This document shows positions 25,463 through 36,736 of a stretch of 64,000 bases of DNA, piece by piece (the stretch's first letter is position 1; each line of letters begins with the position of its first letter). The notes under the pieces were generated by a model. It saw only the letters and a list, made by a program, of their open reading frames with translations. It did no database searches and was not told where the DNA came from. Location: IMG/VR virus record IMGVR_UViG_3300042289_000986, positions 62,001 to 126,000 of that record. One strand, written 5' to 3'. Both the position numbers and the translations under genes were made by a program.

Positions 25463-26086
25463 ATGGGATTATTTGATACATTTTATTTTAAAAATTACAA
25501 ACTGAAAAGAAGTATTTTACCTAAAAACTTGGGTGAGTTGACTTTGAAAGAAATTCAAGACGCTCAATATCAAACAAAAGATTTGGGTCAAACATTTACT
25601 GGTCACTTTTATCTAAAAAAACATAAAAATTCTTATCGTCTTTTCAAACACGATATTGAATACATTTTTGTCGAGGGCGACCAAAAAGGAAAATCTATTA
25701 TGGATCGTCTCGGTCACATGGAAGAAGTATCTTCGCAAGAGCTTTTAATTGACAATATCGGAACAAACACCATTAATGTTTATGAGTTTTTTTCCAAAGA
25801 AAACCATGATTATTGGGTTGAATTTGGTTTGGTCTTTTTAGAAAATAAACTTTGGAAAGTTAAGTTAAACGAATTTCGAGAAGAAAAAAACGATGATAAA
25901 AAATCTTTTGATTTGGAATATAATGAAAAAATGCGTAAGTCGGCAGAATTTTATAAAAGTCCTTTGGGAAAATTTATCCATTTACTCCGAAGAGCATATC
26001 TAAAAACCATTTGGAGGGTTCAGCTTTTCATTGGAAACATTTTTATTAAAATTGGAAACGCAATTAAAATGTGGCAACTTCTATGA
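25463..26086 (+). CDS. Conserved phage hypothetical protein
   Basis: MGLFD...YQTKDL motif. Confidence 0.55.
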   Translation: MGLFDTFYFKNYKLKRSILPKNLGELTLKEIQDAQYQTKDLGQTFTGHFYLKKHKNSYRLFKHDIEYIFVEGDQKGKSIMDRLGHMEEVSSQELLIDNIGTNTINVYEFFSKENHDYWVEFGLVFLENKLWKVKLNEFREEKNDDKKSFDLEYNEKMRKSAEFYKSPLGKFIHLLRRAYLKTIWRVQLFIGNIFIKIGNAIKMWQLL

Positions 26087-26982
26087 AATTTATAGAAATT
26101 CTTCTTCAAAACAGTACAGTTAAAGAAGCCAAGCTTTACACAGCAGCAAAAAAAGCTAGTTTAAAACCAGATACTGGTGTAACTATTATTAATCAAGCTG
26201 CTTATCATGTTATTAAAGATTGTGCATCGATTACATATAGATACCTTCCAATCTATATTTGGGGTCAGTATCAAGATCCGTTTCAAGCATTAAAAGGAAA
26301 ATTTACAAAAAAGGACATTCAAGATTTTTTAACCGTTGCTAACTCTGATTTCGTTTACCATCAATTACTTTCTTTAATTTTAGATAAGGTTGGTAAAGAT
26401 TCAGAACCACAAGAACAAAAACCAGTAGTTTCAAATTATGCATCAAGCGATGATCCGTATGGTGATTATGGATCATCTGCATATGAGGAAGTTTCTCAAA
26501 TATCTACACCAATAAATGTTTCAACATTAGATTTGCTTTGTAACGCTTTTAACGTAACTAGTTAACAATGATGTTAGAATTTAAAAACCCAATACCAGTT
26601 GTTACCCCTATGGGTGGTGCTTATGCTATATATGTAGCTAACGGTGGAACTTTTGAAAATGATATTTGGACCGTTGTAATGGAAAATGGTGGAAATATCT
26701 TGCATTTTAGATCGGATCAGATTAGAATATACCAAAATGCTACTTTTGATATAAAAAAATCTGATCCATTATGATTAATATATCTAAAATAAAAAACAAG
26801 TTAACCTTTACAGAAAGAGACATTTTTATTTGCTCGACAAAAAAAAGATTTCTTTCAAAGAAAACTGCGTTTGAAAAAAATACAAGATCATATAAATGTC
26901 CAATTTGCTTTTGTTGGCATAGGGCTACAAAATCAAACAAAAAAGATCCTCTTAAAGATTTTTTTAGAACATACAGAATAAA

Positions 26983-27831
26983 ATGAAAACTTTAGTTATA
27001 CCAGATGTCCACCAAAGGATCGAATCGGTCAAATCAATTTTAGACGCTGAAAAAGACTACGATGAAGTAGTTTTTCTCGGTGATTGGGTTGATTCTTTTT
27101 ATGAGCCACCGAAAGTTGCTGGTTTTGAACAAACTTGCGAATACTTAAAATATCTTGTTTTGGAACATCCTAACAAAGATAAATTTGTTTTTTTAATTGG
27201 AAATCACGATTTAAGTTATATTTACGAAAATAAAAATTTTTCACCTAATCCAATTTCAAAAACTTTAAAATATTATTGTTCTGGTTTTACAATTTCTAAA
27301 GCCAGAAAATTTCGTCGTGTGTTTTTTGATCATGGTTTAAAAGATGATTTCTTTTTTACACATTTTAAATTTGCACATCAAACACAAGGATGGACTTTAT
27401 CTCATGCGGGAATTTCAATTAAGTTTTTTCCTTATGGTTATACTATGGATCGTTTTGTAAACGAACTTCTCCCTGATGTTTGGAAAAATTTTAGAAATTT
27501 AGAATATAATCATAACGAGATCATTTCCGCTGCTGGTTATCATCGCGGAGGAAGCCATCCAGTAGGTGGTGTTATATGGCACGATTGGAGAGCAGAATTC
27601 CATCCTATTTTAGAAACTGGTAAACAAATTGTTGGTCACACAACAATCAAAGATCCTGAATGTATTCACATGAATACACCCTTAGAATGTTGGAATTTAG
27701 ATACAGAAAAAGACTACGGGGTTATTATTGATGGGCGTTTAATAACCAAAAAAATACCAATCCAAAAATCAGTTTATAATAAACTATCAAGTAGGGTTAG
27801 TAATTTATCAAATTATGGTGGAATAGCTTAA
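26983..27831 (+). CDS. Metallophosphoesterase
   Basis: PDVH, LGDWVD, GNHD, SHAG, VGHT. Confidence 0.85.
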   Translation: MKTLVIPDVHQRIESVKSILDAEKDYDEVVFLGDWVDSFYEPPKVAGFEQTCEYLKYLVLEHPNKDKFVFLIGNHDLSYIYENKNFSPNPISKTLKYYCSGFTISKARKFRRVFFDHGLKDDFFFTHFKFAHQTQGWTLSHAGISIKFFPYGYTMDRFVNELLPDVWKNFRNLEYNHNEIISAAGYHRGGSHPVGGVIWHDWRAEFHPILETGKQIVGHTTIKDPECIHMNTPLECWNLDTEKDYGVIIDGRLITKKIPIQKSVYNKLSSRVSNLSNYGGIA

Positions 27832-28055
27832 CAGTTAAGTATTATCATGACTGTTAAAGAATTAATAAATCGATTACAACAAATCAGTAATCAAGAAATG
27901 AAAGTTGTTGTGGATGGCTATGAAGATGGCTTTGATGATATCAAAGACCCAAAATTTATTGTTGCTTATGAGCAAATAGATCGTGATTGGTATAACGGAA
28001 AATATGAACAAAGTTCTTCTGGACAAGGTGGCAATCTTATGCTACTCTTGCCTAG

Positions 28056-28469
28056 ATGAAAAGAAAAGTTTTATATCTCATAACAGGACCGTCTGGTGCT
28101 GGTAAAACTACTCGCGCTAAAGAATTGATGCGCGAAAAGGACATTAAGCATCATTACGAAGCAGATATGCTTATGATTGATCGTAATGGTGATTACGCAT
28201 TTAATCCTAGAAAATTAAAAGAATGTCACAATTGGTGTCAGAAAGCAACCGAAAGAGCTATGCTTCTCGGTGAAGCTGTTATTATTTCCAATACCATGAC
28301 AATGCAATGGGAAGTTAAACCGTATATTGAAATGGCAAGACATCACGGCTATCATGTCATTATTGAACATTTGACCACAGAATACAAAAACATTCATGAT
28401 GTTCCACAGGAAATTGTGGAAAAAATGAAATCGAGGAGAGAATTTTTTAAATTGGAGGATTTTGAATAA
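28056..28469 (+). CDS. P-loop kinase (AAA_33 / polynucleotide-kinase-like)
   Basis: GPSGAGKTT, EAD, SNT, HDVP. Confidence 0.8.
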   Translation: MKRKVLYLITGPSGAGKTTRAKELMREKDIKHHYEADMLMIDRNGDYAFNPRKLKECHNWCQKATERAMLLGEAVIISNTMTMQWEVKPYIEMARHHGYHVIIEHLTTEYKNIHDVPQEIVEKMKSRREFFKLEDFE

Positions 28470-29121
28470 TATGAGCATAGAAAAAATTATAGCAAGAGAT
28501 CATAAACTTAGTGAAGATTATCTTAAAGAAGCCAAACTTAATACTTGGCAAAAATTAAATTTTCATATCCGTTCTTGGACAAATAACAAATTTGGCGTCT
28601 GGGATATTTGGGATATTGTTCCTTATGGTTGGCAAAGATTTTATTACGACAAAATCAAAACCATTTTTAAACCACATCACTCTAGACTTCGTAAAGCTAT
28701 TCCTCGTCAATGGTGGGATCTTAGTGGTCTGATTGTTGAGATTAATTTTGAAATCATTAAATCCTTTTACGAAGATGAATACTCAAAGGGAATTGTTGAT
28801 TGGGACGCTGATGAACACCACAAAAAATTTGCTGAATGGTTGGAAGCATCTTACAAATACATCACTGTGGAACGCCAAGAATTCGAAAAACAAAAAGATG
28901 CTGCATATCCAAAAACAGATAATTTTTCTGATTGGTTTGGAGAAGAAAAAACTGATAAAAATGGCGTTGTTACTCGCACTATGAAAACTTGTGAAGAACG
29001 CTATGGAAAATCATATGAAGAGGTTTATGCTGAAGTTAATAGACTTGAAGCTCTTATTGATAAAACTGACACAGAAATATTAACAGAACTCATTAAAAAA
29101 AGAGATTATTTTTGGACATAA
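28462..29121 (+). CDS. Hypothetical protein
   Basis: Trp-rich ORF ending FWT. Confidence 0.55.
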   Translation: MNNMSIEKIIARDHKLSEDYLKEAKLNTWQKLNFHIRSWTNNKFGVWDIWDIVPYGWQRFYYDKIKTIFKPHHSRLRKAIPRQWWDLSGLIVEINFEIIKSFYEDEYSKGIVDWDADEHHKKFAEWLEASYKYITVERQEFEKQKDAAYPKTDNFSDWFGEEKTDKNGVVTRTMKTCEERYGKSYEEVYAEVNRLEALIDKTDTEILTELIKKRDYFWT

Positions 29122-29125
29122 TATC

Positions 29126-29518
29126 ATGGCTAGATATGAAAATTTTATAATGACGGAAGACTTTTTGGATTCTAACCCAAAGGCCATTTTTGTATTTGGT
29201 GATAATACAATTCATCAAGGTTATTGTGGTGCAGCAATATTGAGAGATCACCAACAATCATATGGTTTTATTACAAAAAAATATCCTGATAATGAAGATG
29301 AATCTTTCTATCAACCCAAAGAGTATGCTGGTATATTTTTTGATGAGCTTGTAAACCTAAGAGAAAAAATTAAAGAAGAGCCATTTAAAACTTTTTATAT
29401 TTCTCAACTAGGTGGTGGTTTAGCAAACAAATATCATATTTGGGAAAAAATTATTAAAAATGGATTAGAAAAAAACTTGCAAGAATTTCCTAATGTGGTA
29501 TTCTTATGGGAACAATAA
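29126..29518 (+). CDS. Macro-like fold protein
   Basis: IFVFGDN..G..GAA; LGGGLA. Confidence 0.5.
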   Translation: MARYENFIMTEDFLDSNPKAIFVFGDNTIHQGYCGAAILRDHQQSYGFITKKYPDNEDESFYQPKEYAGIFFDELVNLREKIKEEPFKTFYISQLGGGLANKYHIWEKIIKNGLEKNLQEFPNVVFLWEQ

Positions 29519-29727
29519 CATGATTTACGGATTTAATTTAACTACGGAATATGCTTTAGATTTTGGTCTTTTTTATAAAGTTAGAAATTTTAAAGATGGT
29601 ATTACTTTTTTTGAGTTTTTATTAAATTTAGACCTTTATAAAAGAGATCATAACCCTCAAATTCGATTTAATTTGGTTATATGTAATTTTACTATTTTTG
29701 ATATTACATTGTATAATGTAAGGCACT

Positions 29728-30816
29728 ATGACTCTTATCTGTGATAAACCTTCTGTTGAAGATGGGTTTGGTATATACGAACATAACTTTTGTGGTATAC
29801 CTTCATATTTGATTATTCCTGCAATTGATGCGAAATGGAATAAAACCAATTTACATTACCGATCTTTAATTATAAGCAAAGAGACATCAGAAGTTCTTTC
29901 GAGTGGTTGGCCGAAATTTTTTAATTGTGGTGAAAAACCAGATTGTTATCCTGATCCAAACAAATATGATGATTGGAACATACAAGAAAAACTTGATGGT
30001 TCATTGTTGATTGCAGACTATGTTAATGGAAAATTTAATATGCGAACTCGCGGAACAGCTTCGTATATAAAACAAAACAATTTTTCTGATTTTGAACTTT
30101 TAAAAGATTATCATCCAAATATTATTTCTTTCTTAGAGCAAAACAATCATTTATCTTTACTTTTAGAAATTATTACACCAAACAATGTTATCGTTATTAG
30201 AACACCAATGGTTCAATTTTACTTGCTTGGTGCAATCGATAAAACAACTTTAAAACCGTTGCCTTTAAAAAAGGTTGAAAACATTTCTCAAGAATTAAAA
30301 ATTCCAATGCCTGAAGTTTACTCTTTTGATAGTCTTGAAGAAACCGTTAAAACAGTTAAAGAATGGAAGGGCAAAGAAGGAATTGTTATATCATATAACA
30401 ACAATCAAAATAGAATTAAAATTAAATCTGATTGGTATTGTTGGATTCATAAAATTAAATCCAAATTAAATTCTGAATCAAATTTAATTGAATTTTATGT
30501 GAATGAAGGTCTTCCATCATACAAAAAATTTTACAATATTATTAAAACTAATTTTGATTGGGAGCTTGCTGAACAAATGACAGGGGATATCTCAAAAATG
30601 GTAGAATGTGGAAAAAAAGTAAAAAAAGCTATCAAAGGAATGGGATTTTTTGTTGATATTATTAAACATTATCCCACAAGAAAAGAACAAGCTCAACAAA
30701 TAATGTCATCATATGGAGAAAATCAAAGTAATAAGACGGGAATGATTTTTAATTTATTGGATGGTAAAAGTTTAACTAACGAACAACTAATCAAACTAAT
30801 GCATCAAAATTTATGA
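29728..30816 (+). CDS. RNA ligase (T4 Rnl1-like)
   Basis: KFFN, EKLDGS (adenylated Lys), TRG, EGIV, RIKIKS. Confidence 0.85.
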   Translation: MTLICDKPSVEDGFGIYEHNFCGIPSYLIIPAIDAKWNKTNLHYRSLIISKETSEVLSSGWPKFFNCGEKPDCYPDPNKYDDWNIQEKLDGSLLIADYVNGKFNMRTRGTASYIKQNNFSDFELLKDYHPNIISFLEQNNHLSLLLEIITPNNVIVIRTPMVQFYLLGAIDKTTLKPLPLKKVENISQELKIPMPEVYSFDSLEETVKTVKEWKGKEGIVISYNNNQNRIKIKSDWYCWIHKIKSKLNSESNLIEFYVNEGLPSYKKFYNIIKTNFDWELAEQMTGDISKMVECGKKVKKAIKGMGFFVDIIKHYPTRKEQAQQIMSSYGENQSNKTGMIFNLLDGKSLTNEQLIKLMHQNL

Positions 30817-31091
30817 AAAAAATAAAAATTATAGCACACATTAAAGAAAACTATCCAGAAGCTCAAATATTATTGGCAGATGGTTTTGAAAACGCATTTT
30901 TAGGTATAGGTCAACAATTTAATACTTTTTTTTCAGTTTATGATAAAAACAAGTGTATCAAAATTTTAACAAAAAATATGAGCTATGAAGAAGCTATAGA
31001 ATATTTTGAATATAATGTTTTGGGTGCATATGTGGGAGAAAATACTCCAATTTTTATTGACAATTTTGACAGTTACTGATAGGATAAAGAA

Positions 31092-31520
31092 ATGAAAATA
31101 GTAACTCTTTCATCTCATGCACTACTTCCTAAAAAAGGTTCTGTAAATGCAGCAGGATATGATCTTTATTCTATTGAAACTGGTGTAATAAAACCTAAAG
31201 AAAGACGATTAATACCAACTGGAATAGCTCTAGCAATTCCTTCTGGATATTATGGAAGAATTGCTCCAAGATCTGGATTGGCTTTTAAACATGGAATTGA
31301 TGTAATGGCTGGCGTTATTGATTCAGATTATCGTGGAGAAGTTGGAGTAATACTTTATAACTCTGATAGCTTTAATGATTTTATTTTTAATATTGGAGAT
31401 AAAATAGCACAAATTATTTTTGAAAAACATTATGATTTTGTTTTTAATGAAGTTTTTCAAATTAAAGATTTAAATGAAACACAAAGAGGAAGTGGTGGAT
31501 TTGGTTCTACTGGAGTTTAA
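31092..31520 (+). CDS. dut: dUTPase
   Basis: AGYDL, RSGLA, GVIDSDYRG, IAQ, RGSGGFGSTG. Confidence 0.97.
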   Translation: MKIVTLSSHALLPKKGSVNAAGYDLYSIETGVIKPKERRLIPTGIALAIPSGYYGRIAPRSGLAFKHGIDVMAGVIDSDYRGEVGVILYNSDSFNDFIFNIGDKIAQIIFEKHYDFVFNEVFQIKDLNETQRGSGGFGSTGV

Positions 31521-32017
31521 TGAATATTTTTATTTTAGACGAGCATCCTGCTACCGCAGCAAGATATCACTGTGATAAACACATACCTAAAATGTGTGTT
31601 GAGTTATATCAGCAATTAGGTTCTGCTGTTATTCGTCATGGTGCTACACCTGCCCAAATGCCTTTGACATCCAAAGGAACACCATTAAAGGGTGGTTATC
31701 ACAATCATCCTTGCACTCGTTGGTGTGGCGATAGCAGAATCAATTTTATGTGGGCAATGACACATGCTTTGGCTTTGTGTGAGGAATATACCAGAAGATA
31801 TTCTAAGATTCATAGCTGTGAAGCTGGTCTTAAACATTTAGCTGATATGCAACATATGATCGAAGGCGAACAAGTTACTCCGTTTGCTCAAGCAATGCCT
31901 GATCAATATAAATCACACGATGCTGTCTATTCTTATAGACAATATTATATCCATGAAAAGAAAAACTTTGCCAAATGGGAAAAATTAAATAACATTCCCG
32001 AATGGTGGATACTATGA
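31520..32017 (+). CDS. Pyrimidine-dimer DNA glycosylase / DenV family protein
   Basis: MNIFILD..P..AA..HCDKH..KM..E; NHPC..W; EYTRRY.K.H; AQAMPD.YK. Confidence 0.8.
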   Translation: MNIFILDEHPATAARYHCDKHIPKMCVELYQQLGSAVIRHGATPAQMPLTSKGTPLKGGYHNHPCTRWCGDSRINFMWAMTHALALCEEYTRRYSKIHSCEAGLKHLADMQHMIEGEQVTPFAQAMPDQYKSHDAVYSYRQYYIHEKKNFAKWEKLNNIPEWWIL

Positions 32018-32625
32018 ATACAAAAATTACAAAACTAATTGCAGATGTTTCTAAAAAATGTATTGAAAATAAAATAAACTTTCGTTTGGAATATGCAGAA
32101 CAAGTGGATACTAACAACATTCCATGTAGTGGTTTTTTTGATGAAAAAAGTTTAGTCGTTGCCACAAAAAAGAAAACAGTCCAAGATTGGTTGGATATCT
32201 TAATTCATGAGTCGTGTCATTTAGATCAGTTTATTGAAAAATCTTCTGTTTGGGTTCCAGATGATTTGGGATTGTATGTTGTTGAGGATTGGATTAGCGA
32301 AAAACGTAAAAAGTTTAATTTGAGTAAAGTTACTGAAGCATTTCAAAACACAATTCTTCTTGAATTAGATTGTGAAAAAAGAACTGTCAAAAAAATTAAA
32401 AAATATAAACTTAATTTTAACATAGATTTGTATATCCAAAAAGCTAATGCTTATTTGTATGGTTATGGTGTTTCTTATAAGAAAAAAGTATGGCCAAATA
32501 GACCCTATGAAAAAGCTTTTATTATTAATAAAATGCCAAAAAAGTTTTTGAAAAAAGAAGAGTACTTTAATATTCCAGACCACATACTAAGTCTTTATAA
32601 GTATTCTTATGAAAAAAATACTTAA
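32002..32625 (+). CDS. HExxH putative metalloprotease
   Basis: CSGFF; LIHESCHLDQ; ELDCE. Confidence 0.55.
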   Translation: MVDTMNTKITKLIADVSKKCIENKINFRLEYAEQVDTNNIPCSGFFDEKSLVVATKKKTVQDWLDILIHESCHLDQFIEKSSVWVPDDLGLYVVEDWISEKRKKFNLSKVTEAFQNTILLELDCEKRTVKKIKKYKLNFNIDLYIQKANAYLYGYGVSYKKKVWPNRPYEKAFIINKMPKKFLKKEEYFNIPDHILSLYKYSYEKNT

Positions 32626-32831
32626 ACCATCGGAATTAGAAGATGCTGTATATTACTCTGATTTTAGTGGAAAAATATTAAACGAACAACCTCCGATAGA
32701 GATTAATATTGACTTTAATTATGGGTCAAAGTATGATGGATGTAAGTTAGAATTACATTTGGATGATGAAGATTTTGACCAGCTTTTAAGCTTTTTAAAA
32801 ACCAAATTATCTGAAAATTTTAAACATAATT

Positions 32832-33419
32832 ATGAGCAGTTTAAATAAAGACATTGTATTGGTTTTAAACAAAAATTGGCAAGCTATTAATATCAGTACA
32901 CCAGCCGATGCATTATCCATGATGTATTCGAATACTGCTACTGGATTAGATATTCGTGGAAAGGACGATATGGTTCCTTTAACTTGGAAACAATGGGTCG
33001 ATTTATCATGTTCCGAAGACGATCATTTTGTAAAAACGATTCAGGGTAATGTAAAAATTCCTAAAATTATTATTTTGTGCAGATATGATAAAGTTCCTAA
33101 AAAACGTCCTAAAATAACTCGTAAGGGTATTTGGATTAGAGATCAGGGGATTTGTCAATATACTGGTAAAAAAATAAATCCAAACGAAGGAAATATAGAT
33201 CATGTAATTCCAAAAAGCAGGGGCGGTGCTACTGATTGGACTAACTGCGTTTTAGCACATAAAAAAGTAAATGCTAAAAAAGCAGATAGAACACCAGAAG
33301 AAGCTGGACTGAAATTAATTCGTCAACCGTATGTTCCGAAAGAACTTCCAGTTTCTTTTTATCTTACAAACAAATATAACATCCAAGAATGGGAATTGTT
33401 TTTGAATTCTAAATCATGA
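32832..33419 (+). CDS. HNH endonuclease (McrA/HNH_5-type)
   Basis: VLVLN; RDQGICQYTG; IDHVIPKSRGG..W.NCV..N..K..RTPEEAG. Confidence 0.9.
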   Translation: MSSLNKDIVLVLNKNWQAINISTPADALSMMYSNTATGLDIRGKDDMVPLTWKQWVDLSCSEDDHFVKTIQGNVKIPKIIILCRYDKVPKKRPKITRKGIWIRDQGICQYTGKKINPNEGNIDHVIPKSRGGATDWTNCVLAHKKVNAKKADRTPEEAGLKLIRQPYVPKELPVSFYLTNKYNIQEWELFLNSKS

Positions 33420-33823
33420 GATCATCTTGGCCAAAACATGCAATGGAACTTGCAAAGGTTGCTATGCTCAGATCCGAAGATCCCCATAAAAAAGTGGGTG
33501 CTTGTGTTCTGGGACATAACAACGAAGTTTTAGCTGTTGCTTATAATGGTTTAGCCAGTGGTGTAAACGTTCACAATAGCTTTTGGAAAGATAGAGACGA
33601 GCGTAGACCTTATATGATTCATGCTGAAACAAATTGTTTGGCAAGAATTCGTCAAGGCGAAGGGAAGTTAATAGCTTGTACTTTGCTACCTTGTTCCAAT
33701 TGCGCTATTAACATTGTGGCTCATGGAATTAAAGAAGTGTTCTTTAATGAAATGTACAGCAGAGATTACAAGGCTGTGGAAATTTTTAGTTTTTATGGCG
33801 TTAAGTGCCATCAACTTGATTAA
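33416..33823 (+). CDS. dCMP deaminase
   Basis: RSED..KVGA, YNG, HAE, PCSNC. Confidence 0.9.
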   Translation: MRSSWPKHAMELAKVAMLRSEDPHKKVGACVLGHNNEVLAVAYNGLASGVNVHNSFWKDRDERRPYMIHAETNCLARIRQGEGKLIACTLLPCSNCAINIVAHGIKEVFFNEMYSRDYKAVEIFSFYGVKCHQLD

Positions 33824-34719
33824 AGTTCGTATGCCTCTTTTGCCAATCTATAATCGATTGGTTCAGCCATAGAATATTCTTTGACTGCTTTCTCTATACT
33901 TTCTTTGACAGTTAGAAGTCCTAATCCAATACTTTCAATTTTATCCGTATTTAAAATACAATTACTTCTACCAACTTTAAATTTGGCATCAGGAATAGAA
34001 ACAAAATTCCACTTTGGATTTTCGAATCCATAAGACTTTAAAATTTCAACAACTTCTTTGGCTTCAATACTACCTTTATTGGTAACATTATAAACTCCTA
34101 AAGGTCTATTTTTTTCAATGAACTTGTAAACAAAATTTACAAGATCATCAACATTAGTAATAGAATTTTGTTGGCTGATTAAATTGTCATAATTTAATAA
34201 TTTCCAAAGATAATTTTTAGATTCAGGAACGCCATTAAACGGTATACGAATTCTGAAAATATATCTTTCCAAATGTTCGCTCAACTTTTCAAAAGCATCT
34301 TTTGTTTTTGAATAAAAAGAACTTTGATTACTATCTGCTCCAAAATTTGGGAGATCGTCTTCTGTGTATTGTTGTGAATACCCATCATAAATACAACCAG
34401 ATCCAATATGAATAATTGGAATTCTGAGACGGTTGGCGACTTTAGTGATATATAAAGGTACTGTTACGTTATAATGGTAACAATTTTCTTTATCGGTTTC
34501 ACATGCTTCAACATTGGGTCTACCAGTATAACCAGAACAATTTATAATCCAATCAAAATTTGCTTTTGGATAGTCTGATTCTCTATGTAAAAATTTTACA
34601 AATGTATCAGGATCTTCATAATTCAAATCAGATTTACTAATATGAACTATGTTATGTTTTTCATTAGCTTTTGCTAAATAATTTCCAATATATCCCTTTC
34701 CAAGTATTAATACTTTCAT
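33820..34719 (-). CDS. RmlD-like NDP-sugar epimerase/reductase; start reassigned to 34719
   Basis: MKVLILGKGYIG, GYTGRPNVEACE, SGCIYDG, FYSKTK. Confidence 0.85.
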   Translation of the reverse strand: MKVLILGKGYIGNYLAKANEKHNIVHISKSDLNYEDPDTFVKFLHRESDYPKANFDWIINCSGYTGRPNVEACETDKENCYHYNVTVPLYITKVANRLRIPIIHIGSGCIYDGYSQQYTEDDLPNFGADSNQSSFYSKTKDAFEKLSEHLERYIFRIRIPFNGVPESKNYLWKLLNYDNLISQQNSITNVDDLVNFVYKFIEKNRPLGVYNVTNKGSIEAKEVVEILKSYGFENPKWNFVSIPDAKFKVGRSNCILNTDKIESIGLGLLTVKESIEKAVKEYSMAEPIDYRLAKEAYEL

Positions 34720-34720
34720 A

Positions 34721-36700
34721 TTATTTGATTGGACATGCACCGCCTTCACATTCCAAACCTTGAATAGCATCTTCTCCCATATCAGAAGATTTCATTGTTT
34801 GAATTGGTTTAACTTTAGCTTTATTTTTTTCGTATGTTTCACCATTAATTTCTTCGTATGGTGCTTGTTTGAATCCGTGATTTTGTCTCAACAAAAAGCT
34901 TACAGATTTAATTGAATTTTGATAATTTTCTTCTAACCATTTTTTAAGCTCTGGAAGTTCTTCTTCCGAGTAATATGCGGTAACACTAACTGCATTATCT
35001 GACCAAATAGTTTGAAGTTTTTTAACTGTTTCCAGTTGTTTGATAACTCCCATATCTGCTGCAAAAATTGCACCATCTGGTGTTTCGCACGGAAACTCAA
35101 TAACAACGGTATCATGATTTTCTGAGCCATCAAAATTGATGACATATTCGGTATGATATCCCATATCTCTGCAATATTGAACTAATGGATCATTACTTGC
35201 CATACGAACACGACGAGTATAATATTTTGAATAAGCGGGGTGGATTCCTGGTGTAGCACCACCAAGAAGACTTAATGTTCCACTAGGCTTAATTGTTGTA
35301 AGTTTAATACTACGAGGCCATCCTTTTTGTTTACTCCACTCTTTATCAAATTTTCTCAATTCTTTATAACAATCGTCAAGCCAATCGACTTTATCTAATG
35401 CTTGACAAACACCAGTTACTCCCAAACCAAGACGCATGTTCTTGTGAACAATTTTATTTGTTTCATCGTGAATGAATGGAAGTGCAGCGATTGCTTTTTG
35501 TGTTTTATAAAGCAATCTGGCACAATCAACCAATTCTTCTTTGTTTGAAATATTATTCAAATAAAGTTCTGAGAGATTGCAACACTCATAAGAGGCAAGA
35601 CTAATTTCACCACATGGGTTTGTACCAACTACATTGTCTTCATCGGTTGGATAAAGACTAGAATCCTTCATTGGACCATCTTTAATTCTTCCATATTTTT
35701 GAGAAAGAGGAAGGTTAAAGAAACCATAAGGTTCGCCTTTTGCAAAACCAGTTTCTTTATCTGTTGTATAACCATTTTGCCAGATCTCGTTTGAGATGTG
35801 GGAAAAGTCATCAGCATAAATCGTGTTGTTAGACATTGCTCTCCAGTTAGGAATATTTCCCAATGACCAATTTTTGGCGCGTAAAAAGAGATAATCATCA
35901 GGATCTCCTATAGCAATTTGGGCAGAGCGACGAACATTACCAGAAACAACAATACTTCCAATAATATTACAAATATCTAATACATCGATAGAACGAAGCT
36001 TTTTGCCTTCTCTTGTTTGAAAGATTTTTGCAATTTTGTCAATACCTTCGATTAATATTCCTGCTCCGCTTGCTTGTCCACCGAAACCTTGAATCTTTTC
36101 ACCTGCACCACGAATAAGGATTGTAGAATAATTAAAAGATTTTCCTGTTACATAAAATGCATGAAGAACTCGATCTAAAAGTTCGATCCAGCCTTCACGA
36201 CTATCTGGAATAATAAACTTTGCATCTTTTGTACATTCATGTGTAATCGTTACACCTTTTTTAATTTTAGGAAGTTCGTGAATATCTTCTCTACGAATAG
36301 AAAATCCGACACCACCACCAAGCATTAAATTTTCAAATAAAAACAAAAATGCTTTTGGTTCATTCATAGACACATTCCAACAATTCAATAAAGAATTTGC
36401 TCCAAAACGCTCAACTGTGTTTGTTCCTAATTGCCAAAGCATTCTTCCTGCATAGTTGCAACGCAAGTTGAAAATATGATCAAACAGTCTTTCGGCTTCT
36501 TCTTGTGTATAATCTGCACCTAGTTTTTGTGCTCCGTTGATACAACGTTGAATTGTTTCATGCCACTCTTCTTTTTGTCCATCGTCTTTTAAACGAGCAT
36601 ATGTTCTTTTATAAACAATATAACCAAGTCCATTGAAACCCCAATTAGTTTTTTTGTTAGAATATTTTTTAACAAACGAATCCGAAATAATTTTTTCCAT
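34721..36700 (-). CDS. nrdJ: Class II (adenosylcobalamin) ribonucleotide reductase
   Basis: KRTYAR, NC, GGGVG, NVRRSA, TNPCGE, TIKPSGT, C-terminal CEGGACP. Confidence 0.93.
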   Translation of the reverse strand: MEKIISDSFVKKYSNKKTNWGFNGLGYIVYKRTYARLKDDGQKEEWHETIQRCINGAQKLGADYTQEEAERLFDHIFNLRCNYAGRMLWQLGTNTVERFGANSLLNCWNVSMNEPKAFLFLFENLMLGGGVGFSIRREDIHELPKIKKGVTITHECTKDAKFIIPDSREGWIELLDRVLHAFYVTGKSFNYSTILIRGAGEKIQGFGGQASGAGILIEGIDKIAKIFQTREGKKLRSIDVLDICNIIGSIVVSGNVRRSAQIAIGDPDDYLFLRAKNWSLGNIPNWRAMSNNTIYADDFSHISNEIWQNGYTTDKETGFAKGEPYGFFNLPLSQKYGRIKDGPMKDSSLYPTDEDNVVGTNPCGEISLASYECCNLSELYLNNISNKEELVDCARLLYKTQKAIAALPFIHDETNKIVHKNMRLGLGVTGVCQALDKVDWLDDCYKELRKFDKEWSKQKGWPRSIKLTTIKPSGTLSLLGGATPGIHPAYSKYYTRRVRMASNDPLVQYCRDMGYHTEYVINFDGSENHDTVVIEFPCETPDGAIFAADMGVIKQLETVKKLQTIWSDNAVSVTAYYSEEELPELKKWLEENYQNSIKSVSFLLRQNHGFKQAPYEEINGETYEKNKAKVKPIQTMKSSDMGEDAIQGLECEGGACPIK

Positions 36701-36736
36701 ATTTTTAATTAGATAATTTTTACAATAATCAATATA

